A stretch of DNA of 32,000 nt from Ureaplasma parvum serovar 3 str. ATCC 27815 (GCF_000019345.1 NC_010503.1:330001-362000); one strand, 5' to 3'; shown: positions 12,753 through 25,937, numbered from the stretch's first letter. The notes: a model not told the origin generated them from the letters alone. A program made the numbers and translations.

Positions 12753-13700
12753 ATGAAGCAACGATTAATAAATTATATTATTGTTTTAATTGGTATTTTA
12801 TGTATTGTTAGTCTTGTCGTTGGTTTTGCCGTTTGATTTAGCCCTAATAAAAATTTTGATACGTTAACTCAAAACAAAATTGATGGTAATGAAGTTAAAA
12901 GATTATATAACCCAAACAATGGCATTTTTTTAGAACAATTAGAAGGGTTTAGTAAATATAATATTGCTGGTTATGTGGTTCCAATTGTTTTTGTTATTTT
13001 ATCATTTATTTTATTATTTTTATATTATTTTTTAAATAAAAAATCACGATCTAAAGCTGATTTTCCTATTAGTGAAAAATTTTATTATCACACTTCAATT
13101 ACCACTCTTTATTTAGTAGGATCCTTAATTATTATTAGTTGAATTCTTAGTTACATTGCTATTGGTATCAACTTTCGTCCTAATAATTTTAATGTTACGT
13201 TGCAAGAAGGAGATTTTTATGCGACAGATAGAGACCCTTTTTTAACATATTGAAAAGAATTAAAACCAAGTTTTTATGCAAAAAAAAGTGTTTATATTGC
13301 ATTTTTAACTATTATAATTGCTTTTGCTGTTAGCATCATTGGTTTTGTAAATTATTTTTCATTAAAAATTGCCTTAGAACAAACACAAAAAGCCACTTTA
13401 GAAGTTCAAAAACAAAAAGAAGAACAAAAAAATCAATTATCAAATGGTGTATATTTTGATCAGGATTTAAATTTATTAAATGAGTATGATAAATTAGTTT
13501 TATATCAAAAAAATAATTTATCAAGTATAGTCTTTTTAGCGATTAATGACCAAGAACAAATTTTGATGCAAAAAGATCAGGTTGTAGTTAATTCTCTAAA
13601 TATTGAACAAAAAGTTAAATATCGTGAACAAGCAACACGAATTGTTTTTGAGAAACAAGCTGAACATAATGATCATCTAGTAACTTCTGGAAATTTCTAA
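12753..13700 (+). CDS. Hypothetical membrane protein (4 TM segments plus a coiled-coil/charged C-terminus), 315 aa
   Basis: ATG 12753 follows AAGGAAAAAAAAGT. TM-like stretches are LINYIIVLIGILCIVSLVVGFAVWF, YVVPIVFVILSFILLFLYYF, TLYLVGSLIIISWILSYIAIG and YIAFLTIIIAFAVSIIGFVNYF, followed by LEQTQKATLEVQKQKEEQKNQ. Confidence 0.8.
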
Positions 13701-13725
13701 ATTAATTTAATCTTAATAAAATCTC

Positions 13726-13751
13726 AAAAGTGGTCTAAACCACTTTTTTGT
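13726..13751 (+). terminator. Intrinsic terminator after the 12753-13700 gene
   Basis: AAAAGTGG-TCTAAA-CCACTTTT followed by a T-rich tract. Confidence 0.85.
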
Positions 13752-13771
13752 TTTATTTTTAAACAAAAAAC

Positions 13772-13800
13772 TTGATATTTATTATTTTTTTGATTATAAT
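13772..13800 (+). promoter_or_regulatory. Upstream rRNA promoter P1
   Basis: TTGATA (13772-13777), 17-bp spacer, TATAAT (13795-13800). Confidence 0.65.
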
Positions 13801-13857
13801 CTTTTACGTACTTTTTAAGTATATAGTTAAACAATTTTAAAAAAAATAAAATATTTC

Positions 13858-13886
13858 TTGACATTTTAAAAAAAGTTGTTTATACT
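13858..13886 (+). promoter_or_regulatory. Proximal rRNA promoter P2
   Basis: TTGACA (13858-13863), 17-bp spacer, TATACT (13881-13886), about 80 bp upstream of mature 16S. Confidence 0.8.
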
Positions 13887-13942
13887 TTAATGTATTGTGT
13901 TTAAAGCTTATTAATAATTAATCACAATAAGAATGTTCTTTG

Positions 13943-13960
13943 AAAACTAAATAGAATCCG
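13943..13960 (+). promoter_or_regulatory. 5' arm of the 16S precursor processing stem
   Basis: AAAACTAAATAGAATCCG is the exact reverse complement of 15585-15602 (CGGATTCTATTTAGTTTT). Confidence 0.8.
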
Positions 13961-13965
13961 TCAAT

Positions 13966-15483
<1,518 letters not shown>

Positions 15484-15584
15484 CGGAGTAAATTTTTAAT
15501 TTACGTACTAATAAGTGTACATTTTTATTAAAATCCATATGAATATAAGCCACTTTTTTAAAAATATTTAAAAATTCATATGGT

Positions 15585-15602
15585 CGGATTCTATTTAGTT
15601 TT
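15585..15602 (+). promoter_or_regulatory. 3' arm of the 16S precursor processing stem
   Basis: 18-bp perfect complement to 13943-13960, flanking the 16S gene. Confidence 0.8.
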
Positions 15603-15654
15603 GAGAGTTTATTCTCTCCCATAATAATTAATTTATTATGGATGATCGATCTTT

Positions 15655-15675
15655 GAAAACTGAATAATTATCAAC
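15655..15675 (+). promoter_or_regulatory. 5' arm of the 23S precursor processing stem
   Basis: GAAAACTGAATAATTATCAAC is nearly complementary to GTTGATAATATTTAGTTTTC at 18710-18729 (one wobble/mismatch plus a one-base bulge). Confidence 0.7.
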
Positions 15676-15772
15676 AAATCTTTCTAATCATTGACATTAA
15701 GTTGTCAGTGAACAGAAACTATATTAAATTAAATATAGTTAACAATCATAAATAAACAACTTTAAGGATTTA

Positions 15773-18683
<2,911 letters not shown>

Positions 18684-18745
18684 GTTCTTAGTTAATTTTT
18701 AGAAGAATAGTTGATAATATTTAGTTTTCAGATGTCGATCATAAT

Positions 18746-18852
18746 TGTGTAGTGATTATATCAGAGTGGAAATACCTGTTCCCATCCCGAACACAGAAGT
18801 CAAGCACTCTAGAGCCGAAAATAGCGCAAGTAAAATAGGTCATCGCTACGCT
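18746..18852 (+). rRNA. 5S ribosomal RNA
   Basis: CCTGTTCCCATCCCGAACACAGAAGTCAAG core. The terminal helix TGTAGTGAT (18748-18756) pairs with ATCGCTACG (18842-18850). Confidence 0.93.
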
Positions 18853-18854
18853 AG

Positions 18855-18889
18855 AACCAACCTTGAAATTTAAGAGGTTGGTTTTTTTA
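18855..18889 (+). terminator. rRNA operon terminator
   Basis: AACCAACC (18855-18862), loop, GGTTGGTT (18876-18883), then a T tract. Confidence 0.88.
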
Positions 18890-18962
18890 TTTATTATTAA
18901 TTTTTATATATTATGTAATGATATAATTAAATAATATATTTTTATTTATATGGGGCAACACT

Positions 18963-19433
18963 ATGGCAAAGTATACGATATCAAAACACCGTCTTGAAGA
19001 ATTACAATTAGAATTAAGAGAAATTTTAGATGTTAAGTGACCAGCAATTACAAAGCAATTACAAGATGCACGCGAACAAGGTGATTTATCTGAAAATGCT
19101 GATTATGATGCTGCAAAAAATGAACAAGCAGCATTAAAAAAACGTAAAGATGAAATTGAAGAAATTTTAGAAAATTATGAATTAATTGAAGATGTTTTAC
19201 GTTCAACTGACGAAGTTTCCATTGGATCGACAATTGAAATTTATAATTATCAAAAAGATTGTGAAGAAGTAATTACACTAGTTGGTTCAATGGATTCAGA
19301 TCCTTTTGCAAACAAAATTTCAATAGACACACCACTTGGAAAAGCTCTTGTAAAACAAAAAAAAGGTACTGAAGTTACAGTTCATACTTTAGCATCACCT
19401 TATAAAGTAAAAATTATAAAAATTATTGATTAA
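18963..19433 (+). CDS. greA: Transcription elongation factor GreA, 156 aa
   Basis: [16 protein letters not shown]...[47 protein letters not shown]...IGSTIEI...[26 protein letters not shown]. It is missing from the track because of a TGA. Confidence 0.95.
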
Positions 19434-19449
19434 TTTAACTAAAAAAAGA

Positions 19450-19478
19450 TTGACATTATATAATAATTTTACTATAAT
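19450..19478 (+). promoter_or_regulatory. tRNA cluster promoter
   Basis: Exact consensus TTGACA (19450-19455), 17-bp spacer, TATAAT (19473-19478). Confidence 0.85.
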
Positions 19479-19512
19479 TTTATAGTGTTTTATTAAACAC
19501 ACTATATAAATT

Positions 19513-19596
19513 GGACAGATAGCGAAGTGGCCAAACGCATCCGGCTGTAACCCGGCTCCGAGAGGTTCGTAGGTTCGAATCCTACTCTGTCCACCA
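19513..19596 (+). tRNA. tRNA-Tyr (GUA)
   Basis: GGACAGA...CGGCTGTAACCCG...GGTTCGAATCC...TCTGTCC-A-CCA; long variable arm. Confidence 0.95.
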
Positions 19597-19601
19597 TTTA
19601 T

Positions 19602-19676
19602 TGGCCTGTAGCCAAGAGGTAAGGCAGAAGATTTTGATTCTTCCATGCGTAGGTTCGATCCCTACCAGGCCAGCCA
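19602..19676 (+). tRNA. tRNA-Gln (UUG)
   Basis: TGGCCTG...GATTTTGATTC...GGTTCGATCCCTACCAGGCCA-G-CCA. Confidence 0.95.
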
Positions 19677-19743
19677 TTAAATTATTTATTTTTTAACCAC
19701 AATTATTTTCGTTATTATGTTATAATAATTATTGTGTGTTTAT

Positions 19744-19818
19744 GCCTCATTAGCTCAGTGGTAGAGCATTTCACTTTTAATGAAGGGGTCAAAGGTTCGA
19801 AACCTTTATGGGGCACCA
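19744..19818 (+). tRNA. tRNA-Lys (UUU)
   Basis: GCCTCAT...TTTCA-CTTTTAA-TGAAG...GGTTCGAAACC...ATGGGGC-A-CCA. Confidence 0.95.
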
Positions 19819-19878
19819 TTTATTATTTTAAAGTAATGCATGGTTAACAATTATACATTGTATTACTTTTTTATTTTT

Positions 19879-19964
19879 GCTGGAGTGGCGGAATGGTAGA
19901 CGCACTGGACTTAAAATCCAGTGACTTCACGGTCGTGAGGGTTCAAGTCCCTCTTCCAGCACCA
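19879..19964 (+). tRNA. tRNA-Leu (UAA)
   Basis: GCTGGAG...CTGGA-CTTAAAA-TCCAG..., long variable arm, GGTTCAAGTCC...CTCCAGC-type acceptor, A-CCA. Confidence 0.94.
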
Positions 19965-19967
19965 TTT

Positions 19968-20041
19968 GCGGGTGTAGTTCAATGGTAGAACTATAGCCTT
20001 CCAAGCTATTAGTGTGGGTTCGATTCCCATCACCCGCTCCA
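19968..20041 (+). tRNA. tRNA-Gly (UCC)
   Basis: GCGGGTG...TAGC-CTTCCAA-GCTA...GGTTCGATTCC...CACCCGC-T-CCA. Confidence 0.95.
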
Positions 20042-20057
20042 TTAATAATATTTAACT

Positions 20058-20087
20058 AAACTCCACCCTATTAGTGGAGTTTTTCTT
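20058..20087 (+). terminator. Terminator after the tRNA cluster
   Basis: AAACTCCAC (20058-20066) / GTGGAGTTT (20074-20082), followed by T's. Confidence 0.85.
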
Positions 20088-20103
20088 TAATTAAGAACTA
20101 CTT

Positions 20104-20871
20104 ATGCAAAAAAAATACATTAAAAATACTTTAGGCTTTGATACAAATTTATTTATATATCAAGATAAAAAAATGTTCAATTATTCAATTGATACTATTC
20201 TGTTAGCAAATTTTATAAGCTTATCTTCTAAGACGAAAAAAATTTTAGAAATAGGAACAAATAATGCTGCATTGAGTATTTTTTTAGCTTTGCGCAAAGA
20301 GGATATAAAAATTGATGCGATTGAAATTCAAATAGAAGCAATTAACCTTGCATTATTAAATGTTAGTCAAAATCATTTTGAAAAACAAATTAATATTATA
20401 CATGCTGATTTTAATCAATATTGGAAAGATTTTGATAAAAGCGAAAATAATAAATATGATGCAATAATCTGTAACCCCCCTTTTTATAAACAAGATAAAA
20501 TTATTCCATCAACTAAAAATCCATTAAAAACTTTAGCTTTATATGAAATCACGCTTAATTTTGAACAAATTATGCAAGGGTGTGCTAAGATAATTAAACA
20601 AAAAGGAAATTTAGCAATGGTTATTCCTACAACGCGTTTAGTTGATCTTTTAGAAATTATGCGTAAATATCAATTTGAACCAAAACGAATTAAAATGATT
20701 TATCCACGAATCTATGAACAATCAAATTTAGTTTTAATAGAAGCGCGTTACAAAAGTGGTTGAGGTACACACTTTGAACCAAATCTTTATTTACATTATG
20801 AAGATAAACAAAATCATCAATATACTGAAGAAGTTTTAAATTGATATAAACCAATTAAGTTTAAAAAATAA
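20104..20871 (+). CDS. TrmN6/YfiC-like SAM-dependent methyltransferase, 255 aa
   Basis: ILEIGTNNAALSIFLALRKEDIKIDAIEIQ (SAM motif I) and YDAIICNPPFYK (NPPF/Y N6-adenine MTase motif). Extended past a TGA at 20761 to TAA 20869-20871. Confidence 0.85.
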
Positions 20872-20905
20872 TTGTAAGTAAATTAATTAAATTTCTATTT
20901 TAAGG

Positions 20906-21835
20906 ATGATGAAAATGAATAATATGGATAAATATAATTTAATTATAGGTAGTCATGTAAGTTTAAAAGCTAAAGATTTCTTTTATGGTAGTGTAAAAGA
21001 AGCATTATCTTATGGTTCTAACACGTTTATGGTTTATACTGGAGCTCCACAAAATACAAAACGTCAACCGATTAAATCATTTAAAATTGAAGAAGCACAT
21101 AATTTGTTAAAAAAACATAATATTAATTTGGATGATTTAATTGTTCACGCTCCATATATTATCAACCCTTGTTCTTCTAAAAAGAATGTTCGTGAACTTG
21201 CTAAAGAATTTTTAATTCAGGAAATCCAACGAACAGAATCTATGGGGATCACTAAACTTGTTTTACATCCAGGATCACGTTTAGAACAAAATGAAGATAT
21301 AGCTTTAGAACAAGTTTATACAATGTTAAATGATATTTTTTCAACTATTAATACTAATGTAATTGTTTGCTTAGAGACCATGGCTGGTAAAGGTTCTGAA
21401 ATTGGGGTAAATATAAAACAATTAAAAACCATTATAGACAATGTTCATTCTAAAAAAAATATTGGCGTTTGTTTAGATACTTGCCATATGAATGATAGCG
21501 GTTTGATTTTAGATTATTATAATTTTAATCAATATTTAAAAGAATTTGATGCACAAATTGGTATTAATTATATTAAAGTATTACATATTAACGATTCTAA
21601 AAACCCTTGTGGTGCAAACAAAGACCGCCACGAAAATTTAGGATATGGAACGATAGGTTTTGCAAATTTAATTAATATTATTTACCATCCCTTATTAAAT
21701 AACATCCCTAAAATTTTAGAAACGCCTTGGTTTAATGTTAATGATGAATTAATTCCTTTATATAAGCATGAAATAAAAATGATTCGCGACTGCAAGTGGT
21801 ATGACATTAAAAACAAATTATTATCGAAGAAATAA
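20906..21835 (+). CDS. nfo: Endonuclease IV (AP endonuclease), 309 aa
   Basis: IGSHVSLKAKDFFYGSVKEALSYGSNTFMVYTGAPQNTKR, DDLIVHAPYIINPCS, LVLHPGSR, VCLETMAGKGSEIG, GVCLDTCHMNDSG, LKVLHINDSKNPCGANKDRHENLGYGTIGF, ILETPW. Confidence 0.97.
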   Translation: MMKMNNMDKYNLIIGSHVSLKAKDFFYGSVKEALSYGSNTFMVYTGAPQNTKRQPIKSFKIEEAHNLLKKHNINLDDLIVHAPYIINPCSSKKNVRELAKEFLIQEIQRTESMGITKLVLHPGSRLEQNEDIALEQVYTMLNDIFSTINTNVIVCLETMAGKGSEIGVNIKQLKTIIDNVHSKKNIGVCLDTCHMNDSGLILDYYNFNQYLKEFDAQIGINYIKVLHINDSKNPCGANKDRHENLGYGTIGFANLINIIYHPLLNNIPKILETPWFNVNDELIPLYKHEIKMIRDCKWYDIKNKLLSKK

Positions 21836-21876
21836 AAACTATTTTTAAATACAAATAAGTATTTCTAAAAAAAAAA

Positions 21877-21903
21877 AAAAAAAGGAGAAGTTCTCCTTTT
21901 TTT
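21877..21903. terminator. Bidirectional intrinsic terminator between convergent transcription units
   Basis: AAAAAAAGGAGA-AGT-TCTCCTTTTTTT: poly-A on one side and poly-T on the other. Confidence 0.85.
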
Positions 21904-22030
21904 CGATCACAATTTTTTATGATCTTATTGGTTATTTAAATAGTTATAACATAACGACTTTTGCTACAACTAGATTGTTGAAGACTAATCTAACAACTAG
22001 AAGTGCTCGAATAACCATACAAGCCATTGA
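21904..22030 (-). ncRNA. Candidate small RNA (or leaderless mini-ORF transcript) of about 150 nt, ending in the 21877-21903 terminator
   Basis: Minus-strand TTGCTT (22063-22058), 17-bp spacer, TATTAT (22040-22035). Downstream sequence has a closing helix GGTTATT/AATAACC, a GATCAT/GTGATC hairpin and the shared terminator. Confidence 0.35.
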
Positions 22031-22068
22031 TATAATAATACACTATTTTTAATAAAAAAGCAATATTT

Positions 22069-23019
22069 TTATGAATTATTTACAACTTTAAAAACACTTG
22101 GCCCTGTTATTTTAAAAATATTACCATATGTGAGATATTCGATACGATTAAATAAGCGTAATTTAGTTTTTTGTTCTTCAATATTTGTTGTATTTTTTGT
22201 TGAATTAATTAATTGTTCAATTGAAAAATTAGAAATAAAAATGGTTTGTCTTGTTGATTTTAATCTATTTTCAATAATAGGCATTAAAATTGTTGAAATC
22301 GATCAGTAATTTAAATTAACGCTAGAAAAATCATCAATTACTAAAACATCAACATTTGAAAGTAGATTAACTAATTCATTAATTACTAAATCTGATGTAT
22401 CTTTGTAGTTAAAAAATTGGATTACATTTTTAAATAGATCATTTAAAGTAATATAAGCTATCTTTAAGTTATATTTTAATGAAATAGTATTGGTATAAGC
22501 TTGAGTAATTATTGATTTGCCTACACTAAAATCACCATAAATAAAAGCAGATTTTGGTTGTTGATTATTATTTTTAATTAACGTATTTTTTTTATTTTTT
22601 CGTGCTTCTTCTAAAAAGAAATTAATTAATTTATTTCGTTCTGCTAATAAATTAGCATCTAATATTTCAGTTTTTTTAGAAAATATTTGACTATCATCTG
22701 CTAATGAGATATTATAATCCATATTTTTGATCGTATTTAAAATATAATTTCTTTTAATTTTATCTACTTTATTTTCTTTTTTAACTACTACTAAACATAA
22801 GTGATTATATTCATTACGATTTAATTGATAAATGTAATAACTATCATTTTGATTGTTTAAATTATTCAAATAAGAACGATAAACTTCAACTATATCTCAA
22901 AAGTATAAATTAAATTCTTCTTCTGTTAAATTAATTGCTTTAATATTCGGAATTTCTAATGCTTTTTGATAATTAAAATTCTCTAAATCTAATTCATCAT
23001 CAACTTGATTATTGTTCAT
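22069..23019 (-). CDS. dnaI: DnaI/DnaC-like AAA+ helicase loader, 316 aa
   Basis: Merges track ORFs 22303-22869 and 22069-22284. Walker A-like YGDFSVGKSIITQAY, Walker B-like VDVLVIDDFSS, and sensor-like QTIFISNFS. It lies directly downstream of the DnaB-like gene. Confidence 0.75.
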
Positions 23020-23021
23020 TT

Positions 23022-24167
23022 TTATAAATCTCCAAATTTTACTTCAATAAAATTAGTATTTTTGAAAGTATTAGCATTATCACTATCTTCACAAATTAAT
23101 TCTTTATGATCATTCTTTTTATTTTGAAAAAATTTAATCATTTCATACTCATCTTTAATATTGATTCCCAGTACTGTTTCTTTAATACGTTTTAAATATT
23201 TTACATTTAAACGCCCTAAATTTTTAAATAAAACAAAATCTAAGATAACATTAACAATTGGATCACTTAATGATTTGTCATACGTTAATAAATTGATAGC
23301 CTCTTTATCTTTTAAACTTAATTTTTCTTTACGAATATGTTTTAAAAAATCTGAAGGTTTAAAATTATTATAATCATTAATTACATTTTTGAATCGATCT
23401 AAATTACTGTTTTTATTAAAAATATTAAAATCACGTTCAATATTGTAATATTGAAATTTTGTTTTATTTTTTTCGAATTCCATATTTGAAAAAATTGTTA
23501 ATTCTAATTTATTTAAATCAATTGTTAAAAAATCAATATTATTAATTAAATTATTTTTGATTAAATTTAACATTTGATCAATACTAAATTTATATTTTTT
23601 GAAAAAATTTATTAAGCACAACTTTGTTGATTCATCAATTTGAAGTGATAATCCATATTCTTTTAAAATTATTTTTTTAATTTTATCTAATTTATTTTCG
23701 AGATTGTTAAAATGATTTGTCTTAAATTGAGCTGATAAATCAATTAAACGATTAGTATCAATATTATTCTCTTTATTTAATAAATTTAAAACATTATAAT
23801 GATTTAATGAAACATTATTTTTTAATTCTTCATTAAATTTTTCAATATTTATAAATTCGCTAAATTTTAATGGTCGAAAAACTTCAATTACTTGTTGGGA
23901 ATTATTTTCAAAAGAATAAATTTTAATTAAATCAACATTAATTAATTTAGTAATTAATTCGTTGTATGTATTAATTGAAATATTAAGTTCATCTAATAAA
24001 TATTCATGAGTTAAATTAATTGTACCCTTTTTATTAAAAATATTTTCTCTATTAACGAATCAAGAATATAAAGCTACTGCTTGCATACCAATTAGTGGTG
24101 TATAAAAAGAATATAAATGGTCATCATTTTTAACAAAATTACAATTTTTCTTAATTACTATATCCAT
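23022..24167 (-). CDS. Replication initiation/membrane attachment protein (Firmicute DnaB/DnaD-like), 381 aa
   Basis: MDIVIKKNCNFVKNDDHLYSFYTPLIGMQAVALYSWFVN...LTHEYLLDELNISINTYNELITKLINVDLIKIY, followed by a DnaD-like region. The gene sits head-to-tail with the dnaI-like gene, as in Firmicute dnaB-dnaI. Confidence 0.65.
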
Positions 24168-24370
24168 AAACCTTACATATTCCCTTTGAATTTTAATCAA
24201 ATCTATTTTTCATTAATCAATATTTTAGATGCTTTTATTTAATTTAATTGTCAATTTATTTATTTGATGCTATTAAATATAAACATAATAAGAGTTATGC
24301 ACACTATTAAAATACTTCTTTTTTATTAAAAATCAATGTTTTATATGTTTAAAAAAAATATACACAATGA

Positions 24371-24389
24371 TGTTTATAAATTATAAACA
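24371..24389. promoter_or_regulatory. Perfect palindrome, candidate operator
   Basis: TGTTTATAA-A-TTATAAACA: 9-bp arms around one base, in the divergent intergenic region. Confidence 0.4.
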
Positions 24390-24503
24390 TTAATAAAAAA
24401 TTCTAAAAAAAATCTAAAAAATTGTGAACATTTTATAAATAAAAAAGATTAAATTATATATTTATAAAACCGTTATTATTTATATAAAAAAAGAGGTTAT
24501 AAA

Positions 24504-25064
24504 ATGTTTGAACAAGTATTTTTTTTAGCATCCATTAACGACAAAAAGATTATTAGATGATTATATGAACGTTATCATAAAATTTTTTTAAAATATATTA
24601 ATGAGCAATTGAATTTTAAATTTTATACTTTAGAGATTGAAGCAAATGATTTAAAAACTATTATTTATGAAATATTTTTAAAAATATTTCAAGTAACTAG
24701 AATTAAAAGTTTAAATCAATTTATAGGATTTGTTAAACGGCAAATTTATTTTTATTTAGTATATTTATTACGTAAATCTTTATCTAATAAAAATTTAGTT
24801 AATCATTTAAATAATAATAATTTTGAAAATTATGAATTAATTAGTACCAATTCAGATGAAGTTGGTGCTGAATTAAACAACAGATTTTTAATTTATGAAT
24901 TTTTAAGAAGTATTCAGAAAGAAAATTTATTTTTATATCATTTTACTATTTTAATTATTAAAGGATATAATACAAAGGAAATTAGTGAAATTTTAAAAAT
25001 TAATTCTGCAAAAATTTATTATTATAAAGCACTTTTAAAAAAATATATAAAAAAATTATTATAA
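24504..25064 (+). CDS. Sigma-70/ECF-like small protein, 186 aa (putative alternative sigma factor)
   Basis: MFEQVFFLASINDKKIIRWLYERYHKIFLKYINEQLNF...DLKTIIYEIFLKIF...SLNQFIGFVKRQIYFYLV resembles region 2. The C-terminal FTILIIKGYNTKEISEILKINSAKIYYYKALLKKYIKKLL resembles a region 4 HTH. AAGAGGTT lies upstream of the ATG. Confidence 0.6.
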
Positions 25065-25104
25065 AAATACTGGGGTGAAGTTACTTTCATTTCCCAGTAT
25101 TTTT
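25063..25104. terminator. Bidirectional terminator between the sigma-like gene and rpsT
   Basis: AAAAATACTGGG (25063-25074) / CCCAGTATTTTT (25093-25104). It overlaps the stop codon of the upstream gene. Confidence 0.85.
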
Positions 25105-25131
25105 ATAAAAGAATCAAAAGATTTTCTTAAT

Positions 25132-25386
25132 TTATGCTGTGACTTCTAAGTTTGTTTTAAAAGCTTTTGCTGTTCTTGATTTTAAACGATTTGCTTTATT
25201 TTTGTGAATAACACCTTTTGAAGCTGTTGTATCAATGACTTTGTAAGCTTCATTAAGTTGAGCTTGTTCATTTGAACTTCTTGTTTTTTTAACAATTGTT
25301 CTTAATTTAGACATTTTAGCATGATTTTCCTTACGTACTTTTTGCGTATGTCTGTATGTTTTTTCATTTGAAACAATATTTGCCAT
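25132..25386 (-). CDS. rpsT: 30S ribosomal protein S20, 84 aa
   Basis: [37 protein letters not shown]...[30 protein letters not shown]. Confidence 0.95.
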
Positions 25387-25549
25387 ATACTCGCCTCCTA
25401 CCTAATATTTGAATTCTAAAGTTTAATTTCATGTTTGAATATAACTTGTTTATTATATCAAAAATAATAAATAAAAAAAAATAAATGTTTTAACAGATTA
25501 AATTTATTTATTAAAAATAAGATGAATTTTCTAAAGCTTTCATAACTTT

Positions 25550-25928
25550 TAAGTTATACTTTAATGGTGTAAAAAGCTAATTGCTGCATTTTTTAAAAAA
25601 TGTAGAGGAAAGTCCGTGCTCACACTAACTGTGATGTTAGTAGTGTTTGTGTATGTATAATTAATAAGGCATAGCATAGGCATATGACGGCAAATTTTTA
25701 AGCTAAGTGATTTAAATTATATGTTTAAAAATTTATAAAAGTGCCACAGAGACGATTAATCAAGAAATTGATGAGATGAAACGTTGGTAAACCCCACAAG
25801 TGAGAAACCTAAATTTCGGTAAGGGAATCTAATTTAGTAAATTAAGAAATTAAATTAGGATAGAATTGTTTACATTCTATAGATAAATAATTAGCGCTAC
25901 ATTTTTGTAGAACAGAACACGGCTTATT
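25550..25928 (+). ncRNA. rnpB: RNase P RNA (Firmicute/type B-like)
   Basis: GAGGAAAGTCCGTGCTCAC, GTGCCACAGAGACGA, GAAACGTTGGTAAACCCCACAAGTGAGAAACC, and GTAGAACAGAACACGGCTTA. TAAGTT/GGCTTA forms the terminal helix. Confidence 0.93.
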
Positions 25929-25937
25929 TTTACATGC

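Noticed and set aside
19048-19646. Minus-strand ORFs 19048-19233 and 19395-19646
   Set aside because: The first is antisense to greA. The second is antisense to the greA end, promoter and tRNA-Tyr/Gln genes. Both are shadow ORFs.
21904-22063. SRP RNA, tmRNA or 6S RNA in the nfo-dnaI gap
   Set aside because: I found no GGAAGGAAGCAGC-like SRP domain IV motif, no tmRNA tag or tRNA-like ends, and no 6S-like open-bubble hairpin. It is left as an unassigned candidate.
23161-23373. Plus-strand ORF 23161-23373, and minus-strand ORF 30307-30495
   Set aside because: They are antisense to the dnaB-like and FtsX-like genes, with no independent coding signal.
24295-24366. Calling this region oriC
   Set aside because: There is only one near-consensus DnaA box and one weak one, no dnaA/dnaN gene nearby, and A/T richness is genome-wide. 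Genome GC skew would be needed.
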